Shown piece after piece: positions 14,707 through 20,000 of a stretch of DNA of 20,000 nt. The position numbers were made by a program, and so were the translations under genes. The notes under the pieces were generated by a model, which saw only the letters and a list, made by a program, of their open reading frames with translations, made no database searches and was not told the origin of the DNA. This stretch comes from an uncultured virus (IMG/VR IMGVR_UViG_3300036401_000412) (lineage: Duplodnaviria; Heunggongvirae; Uroviricota; Caudoviricetes): IMG/VR virus record IMGVR_UViG_3300036401_000412. The stretch is one strand, 5' to 3'. Each line of letters starts with the position of its first letter. Within the stretch, counting starts at the first letter, position 1.

Positions 14707-16157
14707 GGCGTGGCTGCCAGCACGACGTTGATGTCGACCGCCGCCAGCACCGGCACATGCGCGATGCCGACCGCGACATCGTCGAGCGTGGGCAACAGCG
14801 CCAGCATCGGCTCGGATAGGATCGGATGCAGGCCGTCGACCGCCGTGTTGAGGTTGTAGGTGCCGGCGCCACCGGTGCCGGTTCCAAATGAAACGATCCG
14901 CGTGCCGCTCGGCACATTCAGCCCGGTGATGGTCTGGTTGACCGCCAGCGGATGCGTCGGCACCCCCGTGACGGTGAGCAGGTTGGTGGCGATCGACCCG
15001 TTGAAGCTCGACGCGGGGGCCACATCCGAGCCGAGCTTGATCGACATGATCTGCGCCCAGAGACCCAACTGCGACACCGGGCCATAGTAGCGCGAGGCGA
15101 ACACCACCGAACCGATGCGGGCGCGCGAGCCGCCGTCGGCACCGCTCCAGGCGGCCATGATCGCGGTCTGGATTTGCGTCGCGGCGTCGGCCGGCACGCT
15201 GGTCGAGTTGAGCAGCGTCACGGTGAACACGAAGGTCTGCGCGAGCGCGTTCTGATAGGTGATCGGATAGCTCGGTGGATAGGCGTAGCCGGCGTTGTTG
15301 TCGGCCACCATGATCGGCCCGATGTTGCCGGTCATGTCGCAGCCCGGGGCTTTCTTGGTGAAGATCGCCCGCGCGATGGCATCCGACGACGCGGCGCCCG
15401 CCACGCACACATAGAGCGAATGCGGCTTCAGCGTGATATCGCCCCGCACGTCGGGTGCGTCGGTGAAGTTCTCGGTGGTGTAGGCATCGGTCACGTCAGG
15501 GACACCGAGCACCGCGCCCTGCACCGAGGCCAGCATGCCGGCGGAGTTGCCGGCCACCGAGTTGAACCGCCGCCGCTCAAACTGGGTCGGGGTCTCGACG
15601 TCCTGCCCGAGCACGCCGGATGCGAGATTGGTGATCGCGTCCCAGCCGGGGATCACCGTGTTGACCTGATTAAGCTGGCCGGCGGTGCAGGCGATCGGCC
15701 CGGTGACCGAGCAGGCGAACGGCAGCACCACGGTGCCGTCATGCGCGATCTTGCCGGTCGCGGTCGCGGTGTAGATGTTGCCGTCGAGCGCCTTGGCCTG
15801 GGCACCGATCGGGATGGTCACATCGACCAGCCCGATGCAGGTGGCGTTCACCACGGTGGGCAGCGCCGGATAGCGCGACAGGAAGTAAATGCGCGCGATG
15901 CCGTCTTGCATCCGCCCGGTCGAATAGGCCGGATCGACGTTCTGGGTGAGCAGCAGGAACAGATCGTTCTGATCCGAGATGATCGCCGTTTCGGTGGTGG
16001 CGATCTGACCTTGCGGGGTTTCCAGTGCCGGGTTGAGGTTGCCGCCGAGGGCGGCGTTGAGATCGTCCTGCACGCCAGCGAGCACTGCCAACTCGGTGGG
16101 TGCCTGGAACCCTCGGTCGGTGAACACGGGGCGCGGGACACTGGTGGTGCCGGACAT
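14703..16157 (-). CDS. Baseplate J / gp47-like protein
   Basis: LETPQGQIA...DPAYSTGRMQDGIARIYFLSR...GWDAITN...GQDVETPTQFERRR...VPDVTDAY...PHSLYVCVAG...IARAIFTKKAPGC. Confidence 0.92.
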   Translation of the reverse strand: MSGTTSVPRPVFTDRGFQAPTELAVLAGVQDDLNAALGGNLNPALETPQGQIATTETAIISDQNDLFLLLTQNVDPAYSTGRMQDGIARIYFLSRYPALPTVVNATCIGLVDVTIPIGAQAKALDGNIYTATATGKIAHDGTVVLPFACSVTGPIACTAGQLNQVNTVIPGWDAITNLASGVLGQDVETPTQFERRRFNSVAGNSAGMLASVQGAVLGVPDVTDAYTTENFTDAPDVRGDITLKPHSLYVCVAGAASSDAIARAIFTKKAPGCDMTGNIGPIMVADNNAGYAYPPSYPITYQNALAQTFVFTVTLLNSTSVPADAATQIQTAIMAAWSGADGGSRARIGSVVFASRYYGPVSQLGLWAQIMSIKLGSDVAPASSFNGSIATNLLTVTGVPTHPLAVNQTITGLNVPSGTRIVSFGTGTGGAGTYNLNTAVDGLHPILSEPMLALLPTLDDVAVGIAHVPVLAAVDINVVLAATP

Positions 16158-16181
16158 GGTCCCCCTTCCGCCATGCGGGCG

Positions 16182-16535
16182 TTATGATGATACGGGAAAG
16201 AAATAACCTAGGAAGTAGCGGGTGTTGAGTTGGGTCCAGTCAGGATCGCTGGTGCCCTGGCTGTCCCAGAACGCCAGATCGCCGATGAAGCCGAGATAGG
16301 CGTCGCGCACGATGCGGATGCGGTCGCGCGCGATCACGCCACCGATCACCAGCACGCCGTTGATGCCGAGATCGACATAGAGACCGGTGGTGCGCTGGTA
16401 GACCGCGATGTCGCAGTTCTGTCCGTTCAGTTCGACGGTCAGCACCTGCGCCGGCTCGGCGAGCAGCGGCACGATCAGCCGCAGCGTGGCGATGGTGTTG
16501 CCGAAGGTATCGAGGGTGACGCTGGTGCCGGACAT
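16182..16535 (-). CDS. Small baseplate (plug-like) protein
   Basis: VPLLAEPAQVLTVELNGQNCDIAVYQRTTGLYVDL...YLGFIGDLAFWDSQGTSDPDWTQLNTRYFLGY, a family typically found after the Dit-like gene. Confidence 0.8.
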   Translation of the reverse strand: MSGTSVTLDTFGNTIATLRLIVPLLAEPAQVLTVELNGQNCDIAVYQRTTGLYVDLGINGVLVIGGVIARDRIRIVRDAYLGFIGDLAFWDSQGTSDPDWTQLNTRYFLGYFFPVSS

Positions 16536-17575
16536 CAGAAGATCAGGTCTTTGTAGGGCGCCACCTGCACGGCGGTGGGTGCATTGGCCGGCGGGTTGAT
16601 CGCGCGCGTGGGTGGCGGGACGTATTCACCCGGTAGCTCGGGCGCGCTCTTGCTCGGCATGCTGGCGGGCAGCGGCTGCGGCTCGCCGGGCAGCATCGAT
16701 TGCGGCAGCGGCGCGCGGGTGCCGGGTCCGGGGCCGCTGCCCGGCTGCGGCTCGCCTGACATGGTCTCACCGCCCGGCGGCACATCGAACGGCACGTCCT
16801 TGGGCGTCACCTGCCCGCTGTTCTTGGCCGGCTTGCCGGTGGGCGCCTTGGTCGGCTTCTCGGCGAACGCGGCGCCGTCGGCGACCCGCACTTCGGACAC
16901 GAACACCTCGACCAACAGCAGGTTCACGCCGCGCCGGCTTTCGCGCGAATACTCCATGTGGGTCAGGTTGGCGCGCGGATAAGTCGCCTCCGGGGTGACC
17001 ACGGTGTAGAAGTCGAGCGACGCCACCGCCGCCTCCAGCGAGGCCAGCAACTGGGTGCGCTGCGGCGGGCCGCCCCGGCTGCCGACCGCGAAGCTGATCC
17101 GGATGTCGTAAGGTATCTGCACCTTGTTGTAGCTGGCGAAGCCACCGCCCTCGATCGGGAAGTCGGCGATGCGGAACTCGTGCCGGTAGTCCACCTTCAC
17201 CACGGTTTCCCACGGCGCGATCGACTGGCCGTCTTTGTCGTAAATCCCCCAGGTCGGTCCCTGGAACATGCCGCCCGGCTGATCGGCGGTGAGCAGCGGC
17301 GGCAGCGATGACGCGAGCGACAGGCCGAACGGCGACAGACCGCCCGACAGCGAGCCGGAGAGGCTGGCTGAGAGGCCGCCGGGACCGATCGAGACAGTCC
17401 CCGCCAGATTGCCGGCGAGGCTGCCCAGCCCCGTTGTGGCGCCCGCCGAGATGCCAACCGAGACCCCGCCCGAGCCGAGACCGATCGAGGCGCCGAAGCC
17501 GCCCGTGAGCGCCGGCACGCCGGGGAATTGCAGCACGGCGGGGAACGCCGGCATGGTGATGGTGGCGAGCGGCAT
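16535..17575 (-). CDS. Dit-like / tube-initiator baseplate protein with low-complexity extensions
   Basis: WGIYDKDGQ...VDYRHEFRIADFPIEGGGFASYNKVQIPY...YTVVTPEATY..ANL..MEYSRESRRGVNLLLVEVFVSEVR; immediately follows the tape measure gene. Confidence 0.8.
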   Translation of the reverse strand: MPLATITMPAFPAVLQFPGVPALTGGFGASIGLGSGGVSVGISAGATTGLGSLAGNLAGTVSIGPGGLSASLSGSLSGGLSPFGLSLASSLPPLLTADQPGGMFQGPTWGIYDKDGQSIAPWETVVKVDYRHEFRIADFPIEGGGFASYNKVQIPYDIRISFAVGSRGGPPQRTQLLASLEAAVASLDFYTVVTPEATYPRANLTHMEYSRESRRGVNLLLVEVFVSEVRVADGAAFAEKPTKAPTGKPAKNSGQVTPKDVPFDVPPGGETMSGEPQPGSGPGPGTRAPLPQSMLPGEPQPLPASMPSKSAPELPGEYVPPPTRAINPPANAPTAVQVAPYKDLIF

Positions 17576-20000
17576 CAGGCCAGTCCGATGTCGGATGAGG
17601 TGGCGTAATCGTAGCGCCGCAGTTCCCGCTTGAGATCGCGCGCGATGCCGGGTGCGTCGGTGGCCTGGGTATGCACATGCACCTCGCCGACATGGGTTTC
17701 CGAGGAGCGCGAGTGATCGATGCTGGTGCTCGACGCGATCAGCGAGCGCTGCGCGCCCATCGACGCGCCGCTCATCGACAGCGCCGGCAGTTCGACCCGG
17801 GGCGGCGCGGCTGGCGCTGGCGGCACGGGCGGCAGCGCGGGCGTGGTGCCGGGCTTGGCGGCGGTGGCGTCAGCCGGCACCGCCTCATCGCGGCCGTAGC
17901 CGGTGCGCCATGCGCCGGGCTTGACGCCCTCCGGCAGAGCGGGCGGTCGCGGCGGCGCGGCCGGCGGCGGCTTCTCATCGTAGCCGTAGTTCCATTTTGG
18001 CGCAGCGGACGTGGCCGGCGCCGGGCTGGGTGTCGTGTCGGTGGCGGCTGTCGGCTGCGGCGTCGGTGCCGTCGTCTTTGAAGGGATCGCGTCGACCTTG
18101 GCGGCATACGCCTGCCGCGCTTCGTCGTTGGCTGCCCACTCGGCCGGCGCCTCGAATTTCTTGCGGATCAGCATGGTCGCCTGCTGCCGCCGTTCCTCGC
18201 GGGTGCCCTTGAGATTGCGTAGGTCTTCCAGCAACCCGGCGTATTGCGGGCCTTTCAGTTCCTCGATCAGGAAGCCGTAATTGCCCTCCATGCTGGAGGC
18301 CGGCAGGTTGTGCTTGCGCAGATAGGCTTCGAACCGATCGCGGCGATCCGCCGTCCACTGCGCGATGCCGAGACCACCGCCGCCACCGCGCTCCTCGATC
18401 CCCGCCTCCAGCCCGGACTCCTGCAACAGGTTGCCGACCAGACCGCTGGAGGCTTCCGGCGGGATGTTGAGATCGGCGGCGGCGCGGTCGCGGATGGTGG
18501 CGCCGGTCTGTAGGGTGTCGGCCGACACATCGATCTTGGCGGGCGGCGCGAAGCTGGGGCCACCGCCGGCACCACCGCCGCCTGCGCCAGCACCGGCACC
18601 ACCACCGCCGCCACCGGCCTTCGCCGCCTTGGCGTTGGCCTCCTCCAGCCGCTTGGCCGCCTCGGCCTCGGCGTCGGCGACTTTCTTCAGTTCCGCGAGG
18701 TGCGCGTCGACGATCTTTTTTTCATCATCCAGGGTGTAATACTTGCCATCCTTCATGTATTGCGTGGCGCGATTACCGACGTTTGGATCGACCATCGTGA
18801 CCTTGTAGCCGAGTTCCTCCATGACTTGCTGACGGCTCTTGGCTTTCTCGACTTCATACATCGCCAGACCGAGCGCGCCGACCGCGAGGCCCGGTGCGCT
18901 GCCCAGCCCGATCGCCGCCACCAGCGCCTGCACCGCGCGCAGCGAATAGATGAACCGCGCCAGCTTGTAGGTGATCAGCCACTCGATCCCGTTCGCCAGC
19001 ACCCGGGTCCAGCCGCCGGACGCTTCGGCGAGCTTGTTCATCTCGGCGGTGACCGCACCGATCTCGCTGCGCAGTTGCTTGCCGGTTTCGGAATTGAATG
19101 CTTTCTTGAGATCGTCGCCGACCATCTTGACCGCGCCCGACAGCGTATTGATCGCCGCCGAGATGTCCTGGGTGATCCACTCGCGGTTGGCCTGTATCCA
19201 ATCGAACATTCCCTCGGTCGCGTCTTTGATGCCGGGGGTGACGTTGAAGGTGACGATCTCGCCCATGCGACGGAACAGATCGTTGACGTTTTGCAGCGCG
19301 TTCGCCATCTCGCGCGAGCGCTTGGTCTCCTCCTCGGTGACGGTGCCGATCGAACGGACGCGGGTCTGCTGTTTCTCAAACTCCTCATCGGACTGCATCA
19401 TGACCGGCGCCAGTTGCGGCGCGCCGATCGATCCCATCAGCAGCTTCACGTCCGGCCCGGTCAGCGTGCCGGCCTTCAGTTGCCGCTGGATTTCCTTGTG
19501 CATCTCCGGAATGAGTTCGGTGATCAGGTCTTTGGTGGTGCCGTCGTCCTTTTGCACATCGATGCCGAGCCGTTCGCGCAGGATCGGCACGATCGGATCG
19601 GGGCCGATGTTCTTCACCCGCGACAGCGCCTGCTGCATCGAGTCGATGCCGCTGGCGACACCTTCCGCCGAGCCGCCGAGCCGTTCGGCGACCTTCTGGA
19701 ACTCGGTCAGGTCTTGCACGCCCTCGCCGAGGGTTTGCGACAGGTAGCCGGTCGCGGTGTTCGCCTTGGTGACGTCGGTGAACAGCTTCTCCATCGCGCG
19801 CACGCTCAGGATGACGCCGAACAGACCGAGGAACTGTGAGGTGACGCCTTTGATGACGTTGCCGACCTTACCGAACGCGTCCTCCATGTCGCGGCCGAGC
19901 GCGGTGGTGACACCGCCGGTCCTTTTGGCATTCTCGGCCGTGCGTGCGGCGTCGCGCTTCTCCCGCTCCTCGCGGCGTGCGGCGGTCTCTTTCTGGCGCG
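17575..20000 (-). CDS. Tape measure protein with phage tail lysozyme domain (5' end beyond the window)
   Basis: The frame stays open upstream of ATG 19887 to the window end. Long helical region; GLVGNLLQESGL...GLGIAQWTADRR...YGFLIEEL...FEAPA at about 18095-18520; C-terminal ETHVGEVHVHTQATDAPGIARDL. Confidence 0.9.
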   Translation of the reverse strand, partial: RQKETAARREEREKRDAARTAENAKRTGGVTTALGRDMEDAFGKVGNVIKGVTSQFLGLFGVILSVRAMEKLFTDVTKANTATGYLSQTLGEGVQDLTEFQKVAERLGGSAEGVASGIDSMQQALSRVKNIGPDPIVPILRERLGIDVQKDDGTTKDLITELIPEMHKEIQRQLKAGTLTGPDVKLLMGSIGAPQLAPVMMQSDEEFEKQQTRVRSIGTVTEEETKRSREMANALQNVNDLFRRMGEIVTFNVTPGIKDATEGMFDWIQANREWITQDISAAINTLSGAVKMVGDDLKKAFNSETGKQLRSEIGAVTAEMNKLAEASGGWTRVLANGIEWLITYKLARFIYSLRAVQALVAAIGLGSAPGLAVGALGLAMYEVEKAKSRQQVMEELGYKVTMVDPNVGNRATQYMKDGKYYTLDDEKKIVDAHLAELKKVADAEAEAAKRLEEANAKAAKAGGGGGGAGAGAGGGGAGGGPSFAPPAKIDVSADTLQTGATIRDRAAADLNIPPEASSGLVGNLLQESGLEAGIEERGGGGGLGIAQWTADRRDRFEAYLRKHNLPASSMEGNYGFLIEELKGPQYAGLLEDLRNLKGTREERRQQATMLIRKKFEAPAEWAANDEARQAYAAKVDAIPSKTTAPTPQPTAATDTTPSPAPATSAAPKWNYGYDEKPPPAAPPRPPALPEGVKPGAWRTGYGRDEAVPADATAAKPGTTPALPPVPPAPAAPPRVELPALSMSGASMGAQRSLIASSTSIDHSRSSETHVGEVHVHTQATDAPGIARDLKRELRRYDYATSSDIGLA

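Larger units (their letters stand above)
1..20000. mobile_element. Segment of a contractile-tailed phage or prophage
   Basis: Early recombination genes and a baseplate/tail module converge on a terminator pair. No host housekeeping genes, integrase or att site are seen in the window. Confidence 0.9.

Noticed and set aside
16141..16535. Shared 13-mer TGGTGCCGGACAT at the starts of baseplate J and the plug-like gene
   Set aside because: It simply reflects both proteins beginning MSGT, and is too short to claim as a recombination scar.

Overview
GC-rich window that reads as part of a tailed phage or prophage genome with a contractile (myovirus-type) tail. The host is probably alphaproteobacterial; an Acetobacteraceae-like host is only an inference from protein style. 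At the left, a divergent control region (968-1036) separates a minus-strand unit (ribbon-helix-helix regulator, VRR-NUC-like nuclease, truncated ORF) from a plus-strand early/recombination operon. That operon holds Gp157-like, ERF-like, Cys/His-rich and CxxCxxCC proteins and a right-handed beta-helix protein. In the middle (5.7-9.6 kb) is an unusual cargo cassette of bacterial-type cell-surface proteins: two signal peptide + PEP-CTERM proteins and a 734-aa nonapeptide beta-roll protein with a T1SS-like C-terminus, with its own regulatory region and repeated GC hairpins. Back-to-back terminators at 9650-9718 separate this from the minus-strand tail module. The tail module comprises tape measure with a tail-lysozyme domain, Dit-like, plug-like, baseplate J, DUF2612-like, tail fibre 1, a displaced gp25/gp46-like wedge, tail fibre 2 (foldon-like motif and S74 chaperone), a Pro-rich repeat protein and a small coiled-coil protein. 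All family calls come from motif recognition by eye, not database searches.
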